From the NCBI RefSeq assembly GCF_002113885.1, contig NW_018408821.1:465907-529906 (forward strand): a DNA stretch of 64,000 bases, written 5' to 3'. The notes below the pieces were generated by a model that saw only the letters and a list, made by a program, of their open reading frames with translations, was not told the DNA's origin and made no database searches. The position numbers and the translations under genes are program-made. This DNA is from Mizuhopecten yessoensis (Eukaryota). Shown here piece after piece: positions 1-11,752 of the stretch (positions are counted from its first letter, which is position 1; every line of letters starts with the position of its first letter).

Positions 1-101
1 AGTTACAGCTTTGAATGCACAGTCCATGAAAAACAGTTATGCAGAAATATCTTTTGTGCTTGAAAGACTTAACTGGTGCTATAATAGGCATGTTCACTTA
101 C

Positions 102-3100
102 CTAAGAAATAAAAAAAGAATCATGTATGTTGAGAAAAACCAGGAAAACTGAGCATGGCTTGATGGCATTCCATACTCAGTGTAAAGCTGACGATCTGCA
201 AAAAATAAAAGAAATGAAACTTCAATTCCAGAACAATATAAATGACAGATTATAAAGTTACGCATAACAAATGCAGTAAAACCTTGATAATGCCCTTCGT
301 TTCATGTTCACCTGGCTTACCGCCAACATATTCCAATGTCCCTTTTTCTTGTTTTCCTAAGAATTCCATTGTTGATTTTCCTCAGTTTATGGTGGTATTT
401 AAAATGAATTTCTAGCCCTGTACATGTATATATATAACAACAGTTTGGTCAGCTGTAGCATTGATTGTGGAGCTTATTAACTATTTGAGAAAAACGTGTA
501 ATTTACCTATTGGTTTAATTTTACACTGTTGGTTACCTGCTTTAATGGACTGTTAATCATAAGTTAACAATAAATTAACAAAGCTTACTTCTGACAGGGC
601 GTGGAGCTTGTATTAGATGCTTCAATACCCAATTAATAGCTTCATTCAGCAGTAGACCAGTAAAATATGAAATCTGAAATTTAGAACAAAGAAGTTAATA
701 AGAGAATTATTGTATGATTACAGACAAGGAATGGGTAATCTAGTTAAGCGTGAGATGTAAGAGAGTAACTTACAGTATATCTATATTGCCAATGTATACG
801 TTATCTACACAACAATGACATATGCATCTTCGCAGACATGTTGATCAGAATATTTTTATGTTAAAAAGAAGATGTGATGAAAAATATTACATGAAAATTT
901 AATGAGCTCGCAGAATTGATACATCACCTTTCAGAAGATAGAGTATACATGTATATGTATACATAAAACAAGCTTAGAGCTCGCATCCAATATAGGCTAT
1001 TCCTAAATGTAAATATGGGAGAGTGGACACTTTTTTTGTGACGTCCCACTACCCATAATTATATATATGACACAACCACACATACTTTCCAATTTATGGT
1101 GCCTCCCTTCCCCTTCCTCAACCAGTGTATCTGGAATAACTTTTTGCAGTGAAATGTATGATGCAGTCTAGAAAATTGATATATACTTACAGTGTGAAGA
1201 TCCCGCCTAAATATAATTAAGGTTATAAACCCTACTATGATACAGAATGGCAATAAACTGGCCCAGGCAAGGAAGAATCCTATAAAATCCCCTGAAAATA
1301 AAAGCCACAACAATATTAGAACAATTCGTAAATCAAGACGAAATCTCTTGTTTTTCCAGGATGATATTTTCCAGTATAATTTGATTCTATTTCTCTTCAT
1401 AATTACAGTTGAAAGATTTGAACAAAGATATCGATGTTCTACTGGCATGCATTGGTTACAGAGACACAACATGGTTTATATATACAAAATGTTTAATTGA
1501 TCTGAATGTCTAGGTAAATTTGAAATTGTAGCTTTCGACCTTTATTAATAATGCATAGAGCTGTCACGATACACTTTATCCACGATTCGATACGTATCTC
1601 GATATTTGTACCACAATTTGATTTGATACACCTTTATTTTAAAATATCAACAAAATGAGATATATAAGCCGTCGATACCTGAAACCCGAAGTGTTTCCAC
1701 ACTTTTGATTTGAAGCTTGCCGGAGCATCAACAATTTTCATTTCCTTACTGCGGTCCGCCATTTTGTTATGAATGCTTTGTGAAAATTACATCCTCGCAG
1801 CCAATTGGCTGAGGGTTTAGAGATCAGTCAATGAAATTAAACGTCTCATAGACATTTTGGCTAATATTCAGATCGTGACGTATCGAAAATCAGGAAAAAT
1901 ATATTGTGAATCGAACAGAACATAAATAATCGCTGTACAAGTGCATTGCGGTGAATCGTGACACCTCTTATAATAAATTATTATCTATGGTAAAAGCTAA
2001 GTTTAACCACCAGTGATGAACCATAGGAAAATTGCTTGAAATGAATAACTTACAAATATAAGTTATTTACAGTTGATAATAATAATAATTTGAGGTTCTT
2101 ATATACCGCTTTATCACAACCTAGTTTGTAGGTCGTCTCAAAGCCGTTCACAAATTATTATCCGTGATTATTAATTATAGCCTCAAAAATCTAGAACTGC
2201 ATGATGATCGTGATAAACAAACTTCTACAGTACAACATGTACATCTGTTAATTTTTTGTTCTGTATACAGTAATTTATATGTTACATGAATGTTTTGTCA
2301 AGCATCTATTGCTGGTGTAGATCACAGTCTGATCCTTTCTAGTATCCTTTTTAAATTGTACAACATTTGTTCCAATAACTGAACATGTACTTGTATTAAG
2401 ACATATTTCTTCAAATGATTTAAGACAATGTAGACAATTGAAACAACCTCTAGATATAATTTGTTAAAGTGATATTTTTTATATAACTGTAACAGGAAAG
2501 AAAATAGTGTGCTTCCACTGTGGGTTCGAACCTGCGATCCCCAGGTTCCTAGTCAGACGCTCTACCACTGAGCTAAAGGGAAATTCCCTCTAGCTCGAAG
2601 CTGGAAGTTGACCGTAATCCTATGTACAATGAAAACCTGCCACATAACAATTATAATTACCCCTTTTTTTTTTTTTTTTTTTTTACAAAAGTGGGTTTTA
2701 AATATCATAATTATTCATATATATTTTGCGATGAATCTGCATCATGTTTCTCCTCTGTTGGTAGTGTCCATCTCAAATATGGAGGTCATACAGATTTGAA
2801 TTCAATTTAACTGATTGCATTTTTCCAATTCTTTTACAAACTGGTACCTCTGTGATCATTCCTTGTTACTAGGAATGTGTGTTTTGGCAACAAAATAACC
2901 AAAACAATGTCAGAAATACACATATGCTATACTGATATGGGTCACAACACACATAAACATATGTTTATGTGTGTTTGTACATGTGACCCATATCAGTTTA
3001 GCATATATGTGTATTTCAGACATTTGTAATGAGACCCTATGGTTGAAGCAAACAAATTATTCAATGGTTAATAAAACCCCTGTAAGTTTTGCAATGTCTT

Positions 3101-3592
3101 TTGAGGGAAAAGTTTAAGTAATGGAGATAATACTGTTATCAACATGTCCGGGAAAGGAATCTTGGTCACTGTAATTTTGTCCTACTTTGAATACCGCCCT
3201 ATTGTATCTGATCATGAGCTGTAAGTTCTAATGTTTAACAATTACGTGGAAAACACCCAATATAAAAATATATATTATAAATATTATAAGCATAGAAACT
3301 ACTTGTTAGTCAGCACAGTTTATGCTATGATTTTGTGACCACGGAATGTAGCTGTAATCTTATTTACACTCATGTTCAGTAGGGCATTCGGTTTTGATAA
3401 ATGCACATGAGTCCTGTATGAATATGCTTACAAATTGGAAAGGCCATGCGCCTAAAAATGCAATTGAACATTGATGGATATATCACCTTTTGGGTATTCT
3501 ACATGTGTAAGAGAAATCGATTTCCATAGTATTTGGGATTCTCCATTAAAAGGAGAAATGTCTGGCGAATCGGGTCCACTTTCGACATCCAT
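102..3592 (-). CDS. DOLPP1: Dolichyldiphosphatase 1 (PAP2 family), 5' part; gene continues beyond the left edge
   Basis: Spliced exons complement(3487-3592, 1191-1291, 589-673, 102-195), all GT-AG and frame-compatible: MDVESG...[107 protein letters not shown]. This matches recalled DOLPP1 motifs (LTHVEYP, IIFxRxLHT) and the PAP2 motifs KxxxxxxRP and PSSH. Confidence 0.93.
1556..1969. mobile_element. MITE with hAT-like terminal inverted repeats in DOLPP1 intron 1
   Basis: Left end TAGAGCTGTCACGAT and right end ATCGTGACACCTCT are inverted repeats, with subterminal CGAT/ATCG motifs. The TSD matches only partly. Confidence 0.6.
2488..2644 (-). mobile_element. Solo LTR containing a tRNA-like sequence (TRIM/Helenus-like)
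   Basis: TG...CA termini with a TAAC 4-bp direct repeat on both sides (2484-2487, 2645-2648). Minus strand has A box TAGCTCAGTGG and B box GGTTCGAACCC. It shares the CTGTTACA end with the LTRs at 11753 and 4434. Confidence 0.72.
2906..3024. repeat. ~120-bp near-perfect palindrome in DOLPP1 intron 1
   Basis: Arm AATGTCAGAAATACACATATGCTATACTGATATGGGTCACA..ACACACATAAACA pairs with the reverse complement of the right arm around a CATATG centre, with two mismatches and two small indels. Confidence 0.85.
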
Positions 3593-3747
3593 GCTGGAAA
3601 TGTGACTTATCTCAGTGCGCATGTGCAAATACCGCATTCCTATGTTAAAGATTATGTGATTGGTTGATATTTATGATGTGTAAACAAGGTGCCAAAATTA
3701 ACTCGTGTCACTCCGTTTCATTGGCGGAAAAGGGAATCCCCAAAAAT
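3593..3747. promoter_or_regulatory. Putative bidirectional promoter shared by DOLPP1 and QTRT1
   Basis: 155 bp between divergent ATGs (3592 minus, 3748 plus). Contains NRF1-like TGCGCATGTGCA at 3616-3627 and inverted CCAAT (ATTGG) at 3659-3663 and 3720-3724. Confidence 0.7.
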
Positions 3748-6700
3748 ATGGCTTCCAAAGGAACACATGCTCTGTCTCTTCGGATACTGGCAGAGTGTAA
3801 AACTACAAAAGCTAGGACATGCAAGTTACATTTACCCCATTACGTGGTAGACACGCCTGTGTTTATGCCAGTCGGAACACAGGGTACTTTGAAAGGTCTC
3901 GTCCCGGAACAGCTCGAAGAGTTAGATTGTAAAATAATGTTGGGGAATACCTACCATCTAGGCAACAGACCGGTACGATAACAAAACTGTCTGACTTTAA
4001 ACTGAGGATTCTCTCTTTTTGCATATAGTCATATGAAATACGTAACACAAAATTTAAATTTACAGCAATACTACAAAGGCTGTCTTAAATGCAACAATGT
4101 GATAATTAATACATGACAGTGCGAAAAATGATCGAAGGGGGGATGGAAGATGACATGGAGCTGTTGTAAAATTGGGGTCTGTTCATATACTTAAATGTAA
4201 CATGTGAAAAACGAGAAAGAGAAATGCAATAATCAGACCAGATTTCGAACATGGAACGATCTATTTTTTAGACTGACGCTCTTCCAATTGAGCTACCTGG
4301 GTGTCTACTATCGACCCAGTCAAGCCCAACCCATCATAAGACAGTATTATGTACATCTACAACCCAGATTTGGGTATCTTCTTGCAAGCATTGAGCCAGA
4401 TCTTCAAACAAGGGTTAGCAAGCTCACCAAATTTGTAACAGGAGAAGGAGTAATGCACGGCCAGACTGAGACACGATCGAACCTGCACCCTCCAAACTCT
4501 AGACCGACGCTCTACCAATTGATCTATATAGTACTTTGTCGTTGACAAATGACACGCACAGTTCAGTTCCACTACACATGACATGTTATAAGACAGCATG
4601 GCAAATATTCATACAAATATTGAGACTCGGAAAGCAAAATCAGATCACTAGATCGGCATATGTCCTCTCATATCTCACAACATGTAGGTCGGCCTACTTC
4701 ATAAAATAACAACTCGGGTCAAACAACAGCAGCCCTATAGTTATAACTTTCTGTTTGTCTGTGAATAGAAGTTTGCCTGGCACACTACTGCTTATCTTCC
4801 CAACTAAGGATTATAATTACAGCTCATTATAGGTTTCACTCAGATAAGCTTACATGTAATATATAAAGATTGAGATGACTTAGTTTCCTTATTTATTTTT
4901 CTTCCTTTATCACTCAAGGCTTATCAAAAATAATATTCAATTTAAATTTAAAGGAAAAAAATATTTATGCCTAAAGAAGTTTGTATTCAAATCAATGGAG
5001 GATCATGTTGAGCCAGTTGACCTTCAGTTTCTCTCTTTTTTATTAGCTGAGCATATATACGACCAGGATATTTGATTTGTTACAGGGTCATGAACTGTTG
5101 AAGAAAGCAGGAGGCCTGCATAATTTTATGAAGTGGAACAGATGCTTACTGACGGTAACTGTTACGTTAAGATTTGTCTTTTTATGTACATTTACATGTA
5201 TGTTTTTTTAGTACTTCACTGATACAATAAGTGATACTGCAATGGCAATACAGACATGTTAACATGCTACATTGTTTTTATTAGTCTTTATATTTGACTG
5301 TGCAGGGGATTTATTAATCATAGCATGAATTATATGAAGCATATTTAAACACAGTTATTTGAGTTACCAAGTTCAAAATGATCTGACAATACAGCTAATA
5401 GTGAAACTTAAGATAAACAAAATTGTGTGTCATATGTTAATTTCAAGTAAAATGTAGATGGGTTGTTGTCAGGACAGTGGTGGATTCCAGATGGTGTCGC
5501 TACTGAAGCTGGCTGAAATAACAGAGGAAGGAGTGAAATTTCAGTCTCCCCATGATGACTCGGAGATGATGCTCACCCCTGAAATGTCCATCCAGATACA
5601 AAATGCTATTGGTATATTATCTGATGATTTGTTCATATTCAATCTTAAGACGCTGTTTGATATGTGATATCCTTTTAAAAAATGTAGAATTATAAACACA
5701 TTGACATAAATATCTTGAATTACAATATACGTCTCAGATGCTGCCAATTATATATTGTTATAATTAACACAGTTAACTCAAATCACCATTCTTGACGTTA
5801 AGTTAATTCTTAGTCGGAATGGGAATATCTGAGAGTACTAGCTTGATTTGTATATGCATGTATCTTCAAGAATATTTTTGAGTATTTTCGAAGTACCCAT
5901 TTCTTTTATGATAAAGAATTTTAAACAGTGTCCTGCACTGAGAGTCCAACATTAAAGACAATGAGAAGTGATTTGTGAAATCTTGTTTCTGGTTTACAGG
6001 TGCTGATATAATTATGCAGTTGGACGATGTGGTCCACAGTTGTGTAACTGGACCCAGAGTAGAGGAGGCTATGTACAGGTATTGGTAGTTAACTCATTAA
6101 CATCTCCAGCTTGTATTGTAAAAAATCTTAACACTGTATGTGGGCCTGCTATATGTCTGAACCTGTAAAGACATTTTAATTGTCTGTTGTATATTTGATT
6201 TCTTATGACTCCAGCTGGCTTGTATTTTATATGCTGATATACTCAATACTGGGAAACTTTTACCCAGTCAAACTTTTGATCTTCAGCAGTAAAATCCTTA
6301 TTTGCCAAGAGTTGATTTCGTTCCATATTTTTAAATACTATGCAAATTATGTTGTTTGCTAATTTTTGCTGTGATGATATTCACCCTCATTATGGAAGGT
6401 GATGAAGGTGAATGATAATCAGCGGCAAAAAGATTTCACAATATACAATATTAATTATAAGATATAGTGTTTTCAACCTGTCCATCTATCTAATGTGTTT
6501 TTAAAGTGTGTTGTGGTAAATCTTGAGAACTCTCACTGCATTGTCATCAACATCACAAGTTAATGTTAAATTCAAGTTGCAATTTGTTTACCTGGTGCAC
6601 ATAAAATGTTTCCAGAAAATGAAAGAATCTCACCAGGCAAATAAAACATCAGATTCTTTCTTTGTTTTGAAAACCTAACTTTTTTAAAGCTCCTGTTCAG

Positions 6701-9700
6701 TTATTGACTTATAATTGAAGAAAGTTAATTAAGGATATTTTTATTTGTTGGAACTGTTTAAAGTACTCGGGTCTGCACTATTACTCTGTGTATTGAATCT
6801 TTTATAGACTTTTTTGTATATATTTTTTACACCAGAACCATAAGATGGTTGGATAGATGTTTGAAGGCCCATCAGAGACCACATGACCAAAACATTTTCC
6901 CCATTGTACAAGGAGGACTGTACCCAGAGCTTCGCAAGAAATGTGTTCAAGGTAAATACGCTTGTCACAAAGATCCAGAATGGTGATATTAAAAGAAATA
7001 TAGATCTCCTAGGTGATAGAAAAAGCCAGGAAATCTCCTGGCTAATGGAGAACTTAAAGGAATCTCACCTTGGTGATACAGAATTCTCCCATCCTTCACA
7101 GGTGTGTCTCCCGTTTTAGCTGGAAAAGTTCAGCTTGTCATCCCCGAGAGGGAGATAGCCTCATGCCTATTAGTACGTGTTCAATTGTGATGTCATTTAA
7201 ATGCGTCACCGGTAATTGTGACATCATCACAAGTGAATGACAATATTCATACCCCACATGTGTTTTTGCTTACAAACATGGCAGACTACTGTCAGTAGAG
7301 TTGTGACTGAAATAATAGGATGGGAGAAAAAAATCATTATCATTAATAGAGAAATCTCCAACCCTCGTGATGATTTTGTTGTTGTTGTCTTACCCTCAGC
7401 AAAGCCTCAGTTTAGACAACTAAAAACAACACCCCTCGGGAAGGAGATTTCTCTGTCACACCCTCAAGGTAGAGGGGGATTATATTAGTCCAGGAAATCT
7501 CCTAGGTGACTGAGCAATCCAGGTAATACCCTGGATGATAGGGAAATCCAGAGAATCTAGAGAAATCGGAACCCAGCTGGGTGATAGAGAAATCCCGATA
7601 TTCTCTTGGGTGAAGGCTGAAGTGACATTTCATACATTTGTGATGATGAATATTACACTACATCATTGTCATTGTAGAGCTGATAAAACGAGAGGTTCCT
7701 GGCTATGCTATAGGGGGGTTGAGTGGGGGAGAGAGTAAGGACGACTTTTGGAGAATGGTCACATTGTCTACAGAATATCTACCAAAGGACAAACCCAGAT
7801 ACCTGATGGGGGTGGGGTAAGTATTTATTACATACATGTACCTTTTATAGAATATTTAAATAAACCTACAATAACAAAATTACACATTAACATTAAGTAC
7901 TGCAAGTTTAGAAAACTACTGTATATTTTCAATTTCAATTTCAAAAGTATTTTATTGACAATACATATATAATACATGTACACACATATAAGTTAACATT
8001 AAAGAAGATGTTAGAACAGTTTTGACAAAAGAATAAGACAACAGGCTATGCCTATATCAGTCTTCTTCTATTTTCAGTAGCTATGTACAATGCTTAAATA
8101 TATAAAATGTTGTAATTCATTTTTCTCTCACACACATGCACACCCACACCCACACCAGCTTATGTCTAATACTCATTATTTAAGGAACAAAATTTGCCTG
8201 AATAATAATACCAATACATGAATATTGATTTGGAATTTATCTAGCACATATAAATATATATCATTAATTTGATAAAGGAAAAAATAATACTACCTGATAT
8301 GATTTTGAGTCCTGTGAATTATTATTTGGTGATATCCTGACATGCTTTACACTCTTCAATATTAAACATTTGTGACAAAGTGTAACAAAAGCAAATATGA
8401 TTTAATTTCCCTTGATCTGAACAGGTTTGCTGTTGACCTTGTGGTCTGTGTGGCCTTGGGATGTGACATGTTTGACTGTGTGTTCCCAACAAGAACAGCT
8501 GTAAGTATCATCTAAAGTATTATGTTTGTAATTCATTGTCCTTTTCTATACAAACAGCAGATAGTTACCCTCTATATTTATAGCTGATACCTCTGTACAA
8601 TATCACCCTCTATATATACAGAAGATACCTCTGTACAATGTCAACCTCTATATATATAGCTGATACCTCTGTACAATATCACCCTCTATATATACAGAAG
8701 ATACCCATGTACAATGTCACCCTCCATATATACAGCATATACCGCTGTGCAATGTCAACCTCTATATTTATAGCTGATACCTATGTACAATTTCAACTTC
8801 TATATATACAGAAGATACCCATCTACAATGTCAACCTCTATATATACAGAAGATACCCATGTACAATGTCACCCTCTATATATACAGAAGATACCTCTGT
8901 ACAATGTCAACCTCTATATATAAAGCTGATACCTCTGTACAATGTCACCCTCTATATATACAACATATACACATGTACAATGACACACTCTATATATACA
9001 GCATATGCCACCTTCTATATATATAAAACAGATATCTCTGTACAATGTCATCTTGTTTTACTGCCATCAGTTGTCCAGTCCAAGTGCTGCACTATATAGG
9101 GGTTTGGTGATCTCTCCAAGAAGATCTTTAGAGGAATAATTAAGAAAATCAAAAAAGGGGACCTTAACATATGTTAGGGATAAACTTGTGGTGAATGAAA
9201 AGCAGGGCAGTCAATATTTGCTGTATAGGGGACATAACATGTGCCACTGTTAGTCAGGGTATGACATTTAGGTCATCTGACCTGTTAGGTCAGGGTGAGC
9301 TATGGCCATCATGTTTTGTATGATGTAATGTTGCCTGTGATCATTGCACTTACATGTACTAAGTGTTATAATTGTAATTAACTATTTCAATAAGAAAACC
9401 AATATGGCCGCAATTTGTAACTCAGATAAAAAATACAGTATATATACATAAGTGATATTAACAAGGTCAATCTGATGTTAATGAATTTCTTTTAAATAAA
9501 AAATCAGCTGTTATCAAGTAATTGGAAACAGTTTCTGTATTCACAGCTAAAACAACTATAATATCAAAGGTTACATGGTACTCATTGTTTTACTGAAAAC
9601 AAGCTACTAGAATTGTAGGTAGTTTGTATAAAACAAGTCAATATTTAGAAAACAAAAACACTTTCAATTCCTTTACCACTGCTGCTAGTGGACAGAGGAA

Positions 9701-10531
9701 GAACAATACCGGTCAAGGTTTACCCTAAGCAGCAGGCAAAGACTAAAATTTTAGAACACCTTATCATAACTTCTTATCCTGTTTTTGAAATGTAGGTACT
9801 TTCATGTTTCATTTTGACATCATTATGTTATGTTGCCGTTCCAGAGATTTGGAAATGCTTTGGTGCCAACTGGTAATCTCTCGCTGAAGAATAAGAAGTA
9901 CGCTAAGGACTTCAGTCCTATTGATGATCAGTGCCCATGCTCTACCTGTAAACAGTACACACGTGCTTACCTACACACCATTGTTACCAACGAGACCGTC
10001 TCCTGTCAGTTGTTGTCTGTACACAATGTCGCGTACCAGGTATGTATTCCAAACATGCGTGGTTACAGACAAACTTGTCTTGTGAAAGCAACTATATTAC
10101 CCCAATAACAGAGTTTATTAAGGTCAGCTGAAATGGTTTAGTGGATTTCACAACTAATTAAAAAGGAAAGAAAACTGAAAATTTCTTTGTGTAATCACGT
10201 CTTATATCTGTTCAGCTTGAAGCCTGTAAAGTTTTACACACATATTTCATTTCAGCAAATTTAATTGTATAAATATTGTATACAGTGTATGTATACAAAT
10301 GTTTAAGGTCTATATGGTGTTTTGTCTAGACTTATATTGTGATCGGTTTTGTAATGGTTATTTCGTTGATTTCAGCTAACACTGATGACCGGCATACAAC
10401 AGAGTATTGTAGAGGACAGATTCCCACAGTTAATACAGGACTTCTTTGATAAACAGTTTCCTGATACAGACTATCCCCAGTGGGCTGTGGACGCTTTAGC
10501 ATCAGTTAATGTCAACATCAAGAAAAGTTGA
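3748..10531 (+). CDS. QTRT1: Queuine tRNA-ribosyltransferase catalytic subunit 1 (eukaryotic TGT), 9 exons, 397 aa
   Basis: join(3748-3972, 5086-5154, 5473-5611, 6000-6078, 6836-6951, 7678-7816, 8425-8500, 9845-10039, 10376-10531) = 1194 nt, all GT-AG and in frame. Motifs: [64 protein letters not shown], Zn site CPCSTC...HN. AATAAA at about 11057. Confidence 0.97.
4205..4576 (-). mobile_element. Degenerate two-LTR TRIM with tRNA-like LTRs in QTRT1 intron 1
   Basis: Two diverged tRNA-like copies start at 4205 and 4434 (TGAAAAACGAGAAAGAGAAATGC vs TGTAACAGGAGAAGGAGTAATGC). PBS-like TGGTGAGC lies next to the right-hand LTR on the minus strand. CATG 4-bp direct repeats at 4201-4204 and 4577-4580. 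No clear PPT. Confidence 0.55.
7090..7487 (+). mobile_element. Copy of hairpin-ended interspersed repeat (same family as 44190-44730 and 45660-46205)
   Basis: Aligns by eye along its length with 45795-46200 (e.g. GGGAGATAGCCTC, CACATGTGTTTT..TTACAAACATGGCAG, AATAATAGGATGGGAGAAAAA, AGAGAAATCTCCAACCCTCG...TCTCTGTCACACCCTCAAGGTAG). Confidence 0.8.
8565..9050. repeat. 38-bp minisatellite, about 12-13 copies, in QTRT1 intron 7
   Basis: Unit approximately CTCTATATATACAGAAGATACCTCTGTACAATGTCACC, with GCTGATACC and GAAGATACC variants. Confidence 0.92.
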
Positions 10532-11504
10532 CACTGAACAATTGATAGGAGTATCCAATTTGTATGTTAACAAAAGTGTCAGTCAACTGCTGTAGTATCT
10601 ATTTCTAAGCATAGAAGCGCTGTTTAAACTGACTGGGAATGTCAGTACGAAAACATAAATCATAAATGTTTAGATGTGGTGAAACCTGTCTGAACAGGAC
10701 ATCATCAGGACAACTGGGAAAAGACAGTTTGTCAGATAAACAAGGTCCAAGATACAGAGATATGTATACAGCAGGACCATTGAGGAAACAAATTTCTAAT
10801 CCCTACTCCTAACAGGTTGTGGAATGCACAATTTTCAACGAGGTGATTGCAAATAAAATCCCTAGCTTTTATACAAGTTATTCCCAATTTATTGGATTTT
10901 ACTAGAATATGATGTTGATGATCTATGAACACTATTCACACTAGTAATGGGGACTCCTAATTAAGGCAAGGTTGAAGCCCACAAGATGAAGGATGCATCA
11001 ACAGTAAAGATTCTTATCATTTTGTAGTTTAATAACGTAATTTGGAGAAAATGTGCAATAAAAATGGAATCATTTGTCTTGAAATTTTTACAAGTGTTTT
11101 ACGACTAGCTGGAAAATAAAACCTTACAGTCATGTAAGGACTAAAGCTGGATTTTCTGTTATCCATGCATTATGAATGGTGATTTTTTTCTCTCTAAACT
11201 ACGTGACTGTAAGTGGTGATGCTATGGCCATACATGTCTAGTATGGAAGTAAGTTGTATCTGTTCATAATGTATAAATAAGAGAAAGTTCTAGCATCAAA
11301 TCTTCTTATTCTAAATTCTGTCAATTTAAAGTAAAATACTGAAAACTGCATTCTGAAAACAGCAATAGGAATTTACAAAATTAGTCTCAATTTATAAACC
11401 TAGATTCATTTAAAATTGCACTGGATATTGCAGATCATGTTTGCTCTTATTAAGTCCCTACTATAGACACTCATTATAATAACATAATGGATATAGGGCC
11501 TTTG

Positions 11505-11690
11505 CAACCAGCCAAACTTTCTCAACTCCCTGGGGAGCATATAGCCAGTGCTGCCATTTTCTGCGCTCACAGCTAGCATTCTACAATTCTAGCACTGCCC
11601 AACCACGTACTCATTTACAGCTGAGTAGACTGGAACAAACGGAGTAAAGTATCTTGCTCAAAGATACATAACAGTGCCGTGCAGTGACTT
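11505..11690 (-). mobile_element. SINE central-domain fragment (CORE/Deu-like)
   Basis: Contains CTCCCTGGGGAGCATA, GTACTCATTTACAGCTGAGTAGACTGG and GTAAAGTATCTTGCTCAAAGA, resembling reversed conserved SINE domains as recalled. Confidence 0.45.
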
Positions 11691-11752
11691 GATTTAAAAA
11701 AAAATTATACATATGTTTAGAAAATAATAGAATGCTTTATTTTCTTTATTGA

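Noticed and set aside
1059-1472. 137-aa hydrophobic ORF as a standalone gene
   Set aside because: Only 1191-1291 is coding (DOLPP1 exon 2); the rest is intron read-through.
2510-2582. Apparent tRNA gene on the minus strand (also 4235-4297, 4465-4528, 11780-11865)
   Set aside because: Acceptor and anticodon stems do not pair properly, and the sequences sit inside TG..CA LTRs with TSDs, so they are mobile-element derived.
8565-9050. CRISPR-like periodicity (also 32040-33680 and 48831-48978)
   Set aside because: These are head-to-tail tandem units with no unique spacers, in a eukaryotic context with no cas genes.
8638-9099. 153-aa repetitive ORF
   Set aside because: It is the translation of the intronic 38-bp minisatellite.
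3748-10531. Bacterial tgt or horizontal transfer
   Set aside because: Eight spliceosomal introns and eukaryote-type pocket residues (DDVV, GGLSGGE) indicate a native QTRT1.
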